A stretch of DNA of 64,000 nucleotides from Callorhinchus milii (lineage: Eukaryota). The notes beneath the pieces were generated by a model, which was not told the origin of the DNA, ran no database searches, and was given only the letters and a program-made list of their open reading frames with translations. Position numbers and translations under genes: made by a program. Below are positions 22,228 to 33,495 of this stretch, piece by piece (the first letter of the stretch is position 1; every line of letters starts with the position of its first letter). The stretch lies in the NCBI RefSeq assembly GCF_018977255.1, contig NW_024704742.1, positions 124,002,001 to 124,066,000 on the forward strand. Direction: 5' to 3'.

Positions 22228-22592
22228 GGAGTCCTGTAGCTCAGTGGTTAGAGCGCTCGCCTCGCAAACGAGAGACCTGGGTTTGATTCCCGGCAGGGCG
22301 AAATGTTGGGCAAATTTCATAACTCCACACGCCTCTGTTTACCTAGCAGTAAGTAGAAACCTGGTTATTAGTCAATAGGCAGATTGCTATCGGGGGTAAT
22401 AATTCTTTCAAAAAAAATAAATTGATCACTTCAATCCACGACTGTTTGTGAGACACTGCTGTGCACAATTGGCTGCTGCGTTTTGCCCACAAAATATACA
22501 GTCAATTCACTTTACAGTATATTCTGCGAAGCCCTTTGAGACGTCTCGAAGACGTGATAAGGCGCTTTATCAAAAGCAAGGATTATTATTAT
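22228..22592 (+). mobile_element. tRNA-derived SINE (longer subfamily)
   Basis: GGAGTCCTGTAGCTCAGTGGTTAGAGCG head, family core, TTATTATT tail. Confidence 0.88.
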
Positions 22593-23083
22593 TTACTTAC
22601 CAACTGGTAAATGATCGGTTAGCCAGAGAAATTATACTTCTGTTAGGTAAGCCTAACAAAATGTCCAATGTGATGTCCAGCAATGAACATCACAACATAC
22701 AATGGATTCTTAGACACTGTGAAAGATCGTAGTATTACACTAGTCACAACACACACGATGATAAAAGGGAGCCTAGTTTAGGTTTTATTTCTTGATCACT
22801 TTCCATTCCTTCTTTTATTTATATTTTGCTATTAGATTCTGTCTTTTTCTGTATTCTCTTTGGTTCTGTTTAGGTCTCCCAGGAACCAGCTTGTTCTTAC
22901 TGAGTTCTGAACAATGTGCATTGAAAGTAATGTAATACTAAAGTATCTGTTTTCAAATTTCATTTCTGTGTTAATGTTGCAGAATGTGAAATCCAGAATA
23001 CAAAACGAGAAAAATATTTTGTTCCCAGGACCTGATATCCCTCACTTCAAAGGGATGAAAGCTATTCATTTGTAAATTTATGT

Positions 23084-23350
23084 GGAGTCCCGTAGCTCAG
23101 TGTTTAGAGACTTGGGTTTGATTCCTGGCAGGGTGAAATGTTGGGCAAGTTTCCTTACTCTATTGCCTTATCTAGGAGTAAGTAGGAACCCGGTTGTTCA
23201 TCAATTGGTGTATCGCTTTTCTGGGGGTTAATAACTCCTTAAAAAAAAATTGGTCACTTCAATCCATGACTGTTTGTGGACACTCCTGTGTGCAATTGGC
23301 TGCTGCTTTTCGCCCACAAAATATACAGCCAATTCATTTTACAGTATATT
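23084..23350 (+). mobile_element. tRNA-derived SINE, 3'-truncated
   Basis: Head and core present; tail missing. Confidence 0.75.
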
Positions 23351-24595
23351 TCAATATGGGATCTGCGCCTAGACACGGAACCCATCTGGGTAATTTAAGT
23401 ATTGTGTTCCAAATTGATGGAATTGTTTTCAGGGCAGTCCATTTTAACAATTTTAAGAGAGAGGTTCGGATAAAGAAGGCCTTTGGTCCACTTTTGATCT
23501 ATCTTGCTTCCATCTTGCTATTATTCCACCAAATTGCTTGTTGAATGAATGCAGTGCCCTGGCCTCTACCATTTTGGTCATTCACTTAATGACTGTTTGT
23601 CCACCTTAATAGTCCACTTTACTGTGGATGCTGAGAAGTGCTTTGAGACATCCTCCTGATGCGAAGAGCACTATATCAAATGCAAGGAGTGTTATTAATA
23701 TAACATTTCCTGGTGCCTTTCATAAAACTGCCTTTCACAGCTAAACCTGTACTTTTCTGTCCTGACTCACGTGGAAACCCATTGCCATGTATAAGAGTAT
23801 ACAAACCAAACTGAGAATTCCATGCATCCCATCTCACACGATAATCCCAGAGGTAGATTATTGGAAGGGAATGCGCACTCCCTCCCTGGAGGGACACATC
23901 CTTTATAATTAATCCCGAGAATTATTAGGCTTTCCGAGTGCAAGAGCCAAGGCATGGGGACCCCAGAGTGTGTGTTGGGTACTGCTGGAGTCTGTCTCCC
24001 ATTGCTCATTCCATTAATCCTGGGGATCAACCTTGTGGATCGAAAAATGATCATTCACTCCATGGCTGTTTATGGCACATTGATATGTACAAATTGGCTG
24101 CCACATTCACGCACAAAATACAGTCACACCACTTTACAGTGTATTCTATGAAGCGCTTTGAGACGTCTCAACGATGTTTTAAGACACTATATCAAATGCG
24201 AGGATTATTATTATTATTATTATTATCATCATCACCCTTTGTGGTGTGATCTAACTTTTTAACAATGTTAAGTGAATAAAGGATTAACATCCCCGCTCCG
24301 ACATATTTCCCCAGATACTCTTTCCGAACCTGACAACTCCTTCGGGGATTTGTTCAGGAGTACTCCGCTTGTCCAACCTACTGAAAAGAAAAAAAAATAA
24401 ATGAGGGTAAGATACATCTTTTCAGCCTTGAGAGCACATTTGCGGTTCACAACGTACAGGTCGGGAAGTGAGCGAATGGAGTTAAAATTGACATTATGTC
24501 CAATAAAGTGTCATCTGGAGTGGACAGTTGGGGCCCCATTAAAAAAAAAACGTACTGTTGTTCTCCGCGTCCTTGAGCATCTGACAAGTACGTGA

Positions 24596-25020
24596 GAGAC
24601 CGGGAACAGTCTTCGCAGAGAGAGAGAGAGAGAGAAAAAAAAACAAGTGAACATAAACATCTTACGTCAACTCGGCTTTTCAATTCCTGGATGGCAGTCC
24701 CCAGTGCAACCTGTTTAACCCCAGAGCTCACTTACCAGCCCGGATTTGGCCAGAGAGAGAGAGAGAGAGAGACAACACAACACACACACACACACACAAC
24801 ACACACACTGCCTACAGGCAACAACACCGGATTTAGGAAACACACACACACAACACACCACACACACACATGTGGGGGCACAACACCTGATAAAAAGCAC
24901 TCCCGGGGCCAGTGCTGCGGTCATTGGGGTAGAGTCGTCGGTCAGTGCACCGGGTGGCAGTGCGACATACATACACATACATACATACGCGTACATACAC
25001 ACACACACGCACACACACAC
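24596..25020 (+). promoter_or_regulatory. ESM1 promoter/5'UTR with (GA)n and (CA)n microsatellites, CRE-like TTACGTCA and TATA-like GATAAAA
   Basis: TTACGTCA at 24662-24669, two CCGGATTT motifs, GATAAAA at 24889, interleaved with dinucleotide repeats upstream of the ATG. Confidence 0.5.
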
Positions 25021-25372
25021 ATGACACTGCAGAACATGCCCAGCGCCCGCGGCTTCGCGCTGCTGCTGCTGCTCCTCCTCCTCCTCGTCGTCCGCGTCCC
25101 GGCGCTGCCGAGCGCCGCGCGGGGCTTCGCGCTGCACTACGCGGTGGACTGCGCGGCTCCGTGCGACGGGCGGACGGCCTGTCCGCGCACCGCGGGCTGC
25201 AAGAGGACGGTGCTGGACGACTGCGGCTGCTGCCGGGTGTGCGCGGCCGCCAGGGGGGAGGTGTGCTACCGCACCGTGGCCGGGATGGACGGGGTCAAGT
25301 GCGGACCCGGACTGCGCTGCGCCTTCGACAGCCAAGAGGACGACTTCGGGGATGAGTACGGGATATGCAAAG
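25021..25372 (+). CDS. ESM1: Endothelial cell-specific molecule 1 (endocan), exon 1
   Basis: Signal peptide then YAVDC...CKRTVLDDCGCCRVCAA.RGE.CYRTV.GMDG.KCGPGLRC...DDFGDEYGICK, the IGFBP-like domain diagnostic of ESM1; G|gtacac donor. Start codon may be 25021 or 25036. Confidence 0.96.
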
Positions 25373-25576
25373 GTACACGGGGAGGGGGTGGGAGGGGGGA
25401 GAGGGGGAGAGGGGCTTTATTTTAACCTCTCGTCTCTCCCGAGTTTCTCTCTCACTCACTCACTCTCTCTCTCTTTTTTTTCCTCCTATATATATATTTT
25501 TACAAATCCATGGATTTCGGCCGCAGTCTCTCCCGCGAGTTTCCATTGGTTGGGATTTTGCTTTTCGAGCGCATCG

Positions 25577-25607
<31 letters not shown>

Positions 25608-25689
25608 TGTCTCTCCGATGTGGGACATGAAATGACTCGGCGTCGCGACGTGTGTCGAACGCGTGTCCGTTATTAACTGGTCTGGAAAA

Positions 25690-26053
25690 TACTACTACTA
25701 ATACTACTACTACTACTACTAATAATACTAATAATCCTCGCATTCGATAGAGCGCCTTTCACGTCGGGAGGACGGCCCCGAAGCGCTTCGCAGAACACAC
25801 CGTGAAGTGAACCGACTGTATATTTGTGGGGCGAACGCGGCGGCCGATTGCGCACAGCAATGCCCCACAAACCGTCGTGGATTGAAAATGACCAATTTAT
25901 TATTGTTTTGGGTTTTTTTTTTGGAGGGATTATTATTAGGCTCTGTGTGGAGTGAGGAAACTTGCCCGAGGTTTGGCCCCTGACCTGCCGGGGATTGAAC
26001 TCAGGTCTCTCGCTTGCAAAGCGAGTGCTCTAACCGCTGAGCTACAGGACTCC
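25690..26053 (-). mobile_element. Young tRNA-derived SINE, GC-shifted copy in ESM1 intron 1
   Basis: Full-length family member with many A/T to G/C differences from sibling copies. Confidence 0.9.
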
Positions 26054-26853
26054 TACGCACAATGTCAAGCGCAATAAGAGTGGCAAAGGTTCAACAGTCA
26101 CTACACACGCAGCGATAAGCAGTGAACATCATAACGTACATTAATATCTTTAATTCAGCAACTGCAAGAGTGTCCGACAATTGGGCATATGTTTGTATAG
26201 GTGTTTCCTGGCTCATCAGACACAGTGTGGATCCTCGATTGCAATGCAGGGTATAAGCACTGCTCTGTTACTCTTGTATTCGATATGTAAAAAACTACGT
26301 TGCGTTTGTGATATTACCACATTTAAGTAACATTAGCCGACACAGGGTGTCAAAAAGACAACACAGAGCATCCAGTCCTGCAGTCAGTTCTCTGGGATAA
26401 AGAGTACATATGCCCTGAAACTCAACACATAATTAATAATAATAATAATAATATGTATTGTTATGTGGGTTAGAATTAAAATGCTTAGTCCACCTCAGAA
26501 CAGCACTTTTGTGCACTGCTGGACATCGGTGGCGCTTTTGACTAGTTTATTGAACAGAAAGCTACTGTCAATGAACAATTATTAAGCGGGCGTGGAATCG
26601 TATATCGAAAGTTACAACAAATCTGTGCAAGACCTTGACAGCGGCTGTACTGATGGGCTTCTGAAAAAGGTCGTGATAAGCAACTAAGTTTGAGAAAGGG
26701 TGCCAACATATGTGATTTGACCTGTTTCTAAGGGATATGATTTCTTGGTTAAAGATTTATTAAGCGGTTTATCTCCCTCACATGTGAATACAGTTACACA
26801 TCAGTGGGAATACCTATTGATTTAACATTGATATTTTGGTATTACTGTTTCAG

Positions 26854-27009
26854 ACTGTCCCTTTGGAACCTACGGCCTGGGCTGCAGGAAAACATGTCAG
26901 TGTATGCTCGACATCTGTGACAGAGAGACTGGCAGGTGTCTGAAGTTCTCCTTTTTCGAAATTCTTGAAGGAAAATCTGGTAATCGGCGGAAAACTTCGC
27001 TTCAGTCAG
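26854..27009 (+). CDS. ESM1: ESM1 exon 2
   Basis: tttcag| acceptor and G|gtagcg donor; 156 nt, phase 1-1. Encodes DCPFGTYGLGCRKTCQCMLDICDRETGRCLKFSFFEILEGKSGNRRKTSLQS, including the Phe-rich motif. Confidence 0.93.
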
Positions 27010-27062
27010 GTAGCGCCTCATTGCTGCGAAATGCATCATTTCCATCACTCACAATGGCATTT

Positions 27063-27276
27063 AATAATAATAATAATAATCCTTGCATTTGATATAGCAC
27101 TTTTCACGTCTTCAAGACATCTCAAAGCGCTTCACAGAATATGCTGTAAAGTGAATTGACTGTATATTTGTGGGCGAAACGCGGTAGTCAATTGCGCACA
27201 GCAGTGTCCCACAAACAGTCGTGGACTGAAGTGACCAATTTATTATTGTTTTTTTGAGGGATTATTATTAGGCGTG
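27063..27276 (-). mobile_element. 5'-truncated tRNA-SINE in ESM1 intron 2
   Basis: Family core plus (TTA)n tail. Confidence 0.85.
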
Positions 27277-27448
27277 TTATTTGCAAATTACTGGCGCAGG
27301 GAATTAATTTTCAGTGTAAAAACAGAATTTTGAAAATTGCAATAAGGCAATTTGCAATAATCTTTGAAAACATTGAGGTTGATTTTTTTGCAGTTGCAAT
27401 TCTACTTAAAAGGCAGAGACTATTTAACGGAATCTCTATTTTTGACAG

Positions 27449-27552
27449 AAAACGAGCAAGGATCGGGATATATCGATAACGCCTTAAAGCAAGATTTTCT
27501 TAAAGACAAAGCAAACAGTTCGAGTGAGGAGAAGAGGTTAAACCCTCGCTGA
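27449..27552 (+). CDS. ESM1: ESM1 exon 3 (GAG-attachment Ser-Gly, LNPR*)
   Basis: tttgacag| acceptor; encodes ENEQGSGYIDNALKQDFLKDKANSSSEEKRLNPR* with the C-terminal LNPR of mammalian ESM1. Joined CDS is 612 nt. Confidence 0.93.
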
Positions 27553-28575
27553 AATTGGTCTGGACATTAAAAGGAAAGAAAAACAACCTGACTGTAATTT
27601 ACATTATAACACAATTGTTCTACAGTATATTGTATTTAATAATATTCACATGGACCATTAAAAGTGTTGTTTTGTACAGAACTGTATAGATCAGGACAAT
27701 TGTTTATAGCTGCCTTTTATGGTTTTGTCACACACATGGAAAATGCCTTAAAGTGTATTGGAGGTTTCTTGATTTCTTTCATAATATTACTCAATAGCTA
27801 AATTAACAACATTTCAAGGTAAAGTGGTGAAAGAGTTCTGAACATTGCAACCTTATAATAATAATAATAATCCTTGTATAAGATGTAGCACCTCATCACA
27901 GAACATACTGTAAAGGGAACTGACTGTATATTTTGTGGGTGAAACTTATAGATAATGCTTGGGGGAGAAAAGAAAATATATTCTCTCAGTTCAGCAACTA
28001 TATATCTGCTAATGAGTTTGTATAGAGAGTAATGATTGTCACAACCGGAATATGCTATCTAATAAGAGTTAACCTGTTGATACAGAAGAGATTTGTCCCA
28101 GAAAACTTCACGAATGGAAAGACGTGACATTAAATCATAGACAATTCTCATCCCTCCTTTACAAAACGTCTGTTTTCCACCGGCCAAACCTGGGGTTAGC
28201 TACTTTTGTCAGTCAGCAATCTGTTTGGAATGTATGACCCACTGCAGTGTTAAGGCAGTTTAGTTTGCTAAGAAGTAGTATAGAGTTTTATAGATTTTTC
28301 AAATATTGTAAAGCAAGGCATTCGCTATGATCTAATCATTGATAAAATATGTATATTTGTGCGACAGTTTGATATTAAGTACTGTACGCACAATGTTTTG
28401 GTTATTATTTGTGGGATTTGTTGTCATAAGTCCTTCATGGTCTGAGATAAAGGCACAACACTGTTAAAATATACAGAAATGTAAAATAACAAGATACGTG
28501 TCTATTGTAATAGGTATGGTAAGAACATTACATATCTGAACATTAAAGTAAAAAATCGTTGTGAAAGACTATGAT

Positions 28576-28586
28576 AATAAAATAAA
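28576..28586 (+). terminator. Candidate ESM1 polyadenylation signal (tandem AATAAA)
   Basis: AATAAAATAAA about 1 kb after the stop codon in an AT-rich UTR; another AATAAA near 28867. Confidence 0.35.
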
Positions 28587-29745
28587 AATTCTCTGTACTT
28601 GAAATTACACCTGACTCAGATTATTGGAAGACATTTTTTCCAGTGTTGAAAATCTGGCCTAACACCTTTCAAAGGTTATTTTTGTTGCCAACAGAACTGA
28701 GAAAGGGCTGGCGCCATGATGAGGACACGGCCAGGTTCGAAGAGGACACACAAAGTGTGAGTTAGCTAATCCCCAAACGTTGGGTTTTATTAGTTTGCAG
28801 AGGAGGTGAGAAGGAAAGCAAATGACTCTAGTTTGAGGCCCTGTTAAAGCATGGGTTTATAAAATGAATAAAGCCTGCAATTCATTGATTTTGGCCTTGA
28901 CATGAAGTTACACTGAATGATTAAAACATAGTTCAGCAAGAGGCTTGGAGGGGTAGGCCTGACCTAAGTAAAACATTTCAAATATCAGACAAAACAATCA
29001 AATCTAGTATTTATTATAACACTCCAAACCCCAGGGATAATATAGGAACATAGGAACTGGAGGCCATTCTGCCTGTCCAGCTTGTTCCCACATTATGCCA
29101 GATCTGGTTTCATTTTAACTGGTTTAGCTCCAATGTTAATATCCCTTCGTTTTAGATTCCTTTACCAGAGGGAAGAGTGGTAAATTATTTTCCATATTCT
29201 AAACACTTCAGTGCCCTTAAACAGCCTTACCCTTAAACAGCCTAATTTTATCCCACGTTTACCCAATGTTTCCATACTTATACTACAATAATAATCCTTG
29301 CATTTGCTGTAGCGCCTTATCACGCTATTGAGACGTCTCAAAGCGCTTCACAGAATACAGTGTAAAGTGAATTTACTATATTTTCTGGACAAAATAATGT
29401 GTCGTGGATTGAGTGACAATTTTTTTTGTGTGGAATTATTAACCCCAGAAAGCAATCTACCAATCCACTAATAATGTCCAAATAAGTGATCTTAAATCCC
29501 ATTGTTAGGTTAGTTGTCGCATTTCAATAAACATTTAATAATGAGTTACTTGATCTCAAGCCATGTTTTAATTTTCTCAACAAAACTGCAAGGAAATGGA
29601 GTGGCAGGTTATGTTAATGTGTTTAGAAACCCATAATAGTCTATGGAACAAGCGAGTGTTATGAGGCAGTAACACATCAAGCTATTTAGACGATGCTGAC
29701 AAATCACAGAAAGCCTTTCCTTAAAGACACCATCTAATTAATTTG

Positions 29746-30260
29746 TGTTATTCCTGTATAGTACACACAATTGCACTTGGCGTTGGCCAGTTTATTACAT
29801 CTTCCACTCTTACTTTGTCATGTTAGCAGATGTTTTGGCCGAATGAAATCGCCTGATCTACACCGAAGTATTGTTAGATTTGACCCCACTTCAAGTAACT
29901 AGGAAATAAATCACTTGGTACATGTTATGCATACCACTATAACAATTATTCAACAATATTCCGTAACACGTGTTATACAAATGTTATTCAGGTGTTATTC
30001 CTGTATAGTATACACAGTTGCAGTTAGCAGTGGCTAATTTATTATATCTTCCACTTTTATTGTATCATGTTAATAGATGTTTTGGCTGAAAGAATTTTGT
30101 GGTAGGCTTGCTTCAGCGATAAAATCATCTGATCTAAACCTAATTATTGTTAGATTTATCCTCACTTTAAGTCACCGGGGAAGAAATCACCTTGCATTTG
30201 TTACATAACTATAATATTTTCACAATTATTCAGCAATATTTCACAACACGTGTTTTTCGC
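29746..30260. repeat. Diverged tandem duplication, about 250-bp unit x2
   Basis: GTGTTATTCCTGTATAGTA.ACACA.TTGCA...ATCTTCCACT...AGATGTTTTGGC.GAA...TTGTTAGATTT...ACAATTATTCA...ACACGTGTT occurs at 29746 and again at 29993. Confidence 0.85.
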
Positions 30261-32734
30261 ATCCATAATAACTGTTGTTTTTCCAGGTGTTATTGTGTTT
30301 AGAGTTTTCCAAGCGACTTCCTTTTAGTACAAATATTATTGAATAATATTATTGTGGAACACCACTAGAAGTTTTTCGGACAGTGCTGGGCTATTGTGTT
30401 GTACAGCATGAGCACGTTTTAAAGTGTACAGTGCAAATAGGTTGTGCATCCTAAATGTCTTTACAATATGGTTCCTGCAGACAATGATACACTGATCAGT
30501 AAACGCTGCTGTGTCAGGTTCCACATAATCGGTGATTTACAATGATCCTGTGCTCATCAGATAAGTCAATATTTTTAAATTAAATGCACTCACATGTTTT
30601 GCACTTAATACTTTTTTTATATTGACTACATTACACTTGGGAGTCTTTGCAAATGAACAGTTACAACATAAATCGTGTCTGGCTCCTGTTGATAAAGGTA
30701 AGCTAGTGACCATTTGTTTCCTTCCACGCATTGAGCATTAGGTACAGTTTAAATTTCTTCCAGAATCCCACAGCTCAGAGCTGATCGATTTGTTACTGTA
30801 CTGAGGTGTAATTTCCATAGCTTTGGCCGCCACACCATCGTTACCCTCTGCTCTAGTGTAGAGCCGCCTTGGGAATCCAGAGCATTTTCAGACTTGAAAT
30901 TTCCCTCAGGACTTCACCTGCCGATAATACCTTCCAGCCCATCTCTCTCTGTGATAAATCCTAATTCCTAACCCATTTCAGGAACCAGTCTTTCTGAACT
31001 ACCAGAGAAATTGGACTCATTAAATAAGCAGCTTGCAGCTCTTTCTTTTTTAAAAAAATATTTATCCAATATATATACATATATTCTCTTTTTCAACATA
31101 ATATAGGCTTTTACATGATTTTAGTCCTCTTTCAGACAAAGACATATCCTTAAACCAGTCCACTCCGAGTTAGGTTGTGTTAACTCGACTTCTCCTCATT
31201 CCCAAAGGCAACTTTTATTTCTGCTGTCCTGTCCAGCCTGAAGAAATTGTGCTGCTTGTGTTGCTTGAAACAAGCAATTACAGGATGCAGCTTAAAGAGA
31301 CCGCACTTCAGGTTCAAAACAGATTTATTTATAATTTAACATTTTAGAGATGCCTCCTGATTGATTTAATACAAAAAAATATTTTTTTGCGTTGCAAAGC
31401 TATGAAAAGTCAGGCTGCCATCTGTCAGTAGAATCGCACGTTGTGTAAATGAGATTATTGGATGTTAATCATATTTCCAGGCAAATATTAAATAACATTT
31501 ATTTTTCAAAAAAATATATATTTGCACCTGCACACTCCAAAAGCATCTATTTTTATCTTGCTGTGCGCTCAAACATCAACAAATGACTTCCTTTCCTTCC
31601 TGACTCCTGTGAAATTGATCAGTTTCCCATTTTTGTTGTGTCCTTAAACATCTCTACCAGCGTTTGGGAGTCTGCTGTCTCGACTCTCAGTCATCATCAA
31701 GACAGGATTATTGGCATTGAATGGAACACAAACACAATTTAAGATTGTTAGCTCACTTGGAAATCATTTAGTTTCGGCATTCAGACCTGGCACCCGGTGT
31801 ATAAATTGATGAATGTCCTTTAAAATCTACTGGTGTATCCACTTCACTTGCTATTGACTGTTAATCTTGTGCCAATTCAATCTGGAAGATACCCTTTTCA
31901 CTGAATAAACTGGTTTAAGTGGGAAAAAATCACATCAGTGTTGTATTCTGTTGTTTATAGTTTGGATAATGGATCGTGCGGGGGAATCCATCTCAAATAA
32001 AATTTAAACTGGTCTGTCAGCCCATCAGACCAAGAGAGACACTAGCAGGTTAAAGATAAGAAAATATTTGTACTCTGCTGCTCTTGTTTTGTGTCCCCCC
32101 CTCCTTCTATTCTGAAGGCATTGACTCTTGGTGTGATATGCCACAGCCACTACTTCTCCTTCAGTTATTTCCCCCCCATCTGTTCATGCTTCATGTGAAA
32201 GCTTGGATACTGAGTGTTAATTGCCTATTTTCACTATGGGCTATGTCACTATTCTCACTCTACATCCACACACGCGCAGTTGCCACCGTTTGGCGATCCC
32301 AAAATGTGCTGGAGTCTAACCAGTTAAAACCGCACAGCTTGCCATTGAGGGCACTGGTTGGCAGGCTTTCCCGCTGGTTGTCCAGCTAGAACTATCCTAC
32401 CTGTTAGGGCTTTAGTTTGCAGGGTTAATAGGAGCGGTGTGGGAAGAGTCCCTTCCCCCAGTGACTGGTCTGCCCTTCCAAGTCCTGCTGATGAGTCAGG
32501 CTGGCTGTGCTGTCATCAGTAGTGACCTGGAATACTGTGTACCCGCCTGACTCAGGAAATGGAGTACACAGATCCTCTGGACTATCTACATTCTGTTGCC
32601 AAACATGTCACTTTGGAGCCAGTTCAGCTCCAAGGAGGCAAAGCTCATCTCCCTCCCCACTCAAGAGGATATTCATGATTTAGTCAAACCAACTTTTACA
32701 GTCCTCGTTCATAGGATATGGTATCCTGTCTCTA

Positions 32735-33495
32735 CTAAACAACAACAACAACACGGTCGAAAAGGAAGGTTTTCAGACAGAACTTGAAAAAGGGGAGAGG
32801 GGGGGCAAGGTGGAGGAATTGAGGGACAGTCTTCCTGAGTTTTGGGGCATAGTGGCTGAATGCGCAAACTCCAATGGTGGAGCGGAGGGTGCGAGGGACA
32901 AGCAGGAGGCCGGTGCCAATCAAGCATAGGCGCCAGGTGGTGGATTGGGGAGTGAGGAGGTTGGTGAGGTAGGGGGTGCCAGGGAGTGAAGGGATTTGAA
33001 AATGAGTGTGAGGATGTTGAAGACGATCCATTCGGTGATGGGGAGCCAGTGGAGCCTGGCCAGAACTGATGAGATGTGGGTACTGAGTTTGGTCCGGGTC
33101 AGTATGCGGGTGACAGAGTTCTGAATGAGCTGGATTTTTTGAATAGTGGAGCTGGGGAGACCAGTGAGGAGTGCATTTGAGTAATCCAGGCGGGAGGTGA
33201 CAAACGCATACATGAGGGTTTCAGTTGCATTTGGGGTAAGGTACAATTAGAGGTGGGCAATATGGCAGAGTTGGAGGAAGGCGGTCCTGGTCAGGGACTG
33301 GATGTGGGGAAGGAAGGACAGCTGGGGGTTGAACCGGACGCCTAGATTGTGCACTGGTTCGGTAAGTCTTACGGAGAGGCTGGGGAGATTTAGGAGGTCA
33401 GATCCGTGAAGATGTTGATGGGAGCTAAGGAGTATGGCTTCCCTCTTGTCCACATTCTTGTCCACAGCTGCAGGAAGTTTGCACTCAACCAGGCT
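32735..33495 (-). mobile_element. L2 LINE 3' fragment with (TTG)n tail
   Basis: ETLMYAFVTSRLDYSNALL...LARLHWLP motifs. Confidence 0.88.

Noticed and set aside
24592..25020. N-terminal 143 codons of the 277-aa ORF upstream of ESM1
   Set aside because: Translates microsatellites (THTH, ERER); ESM1 homology and the signal peptide start only at 25021.
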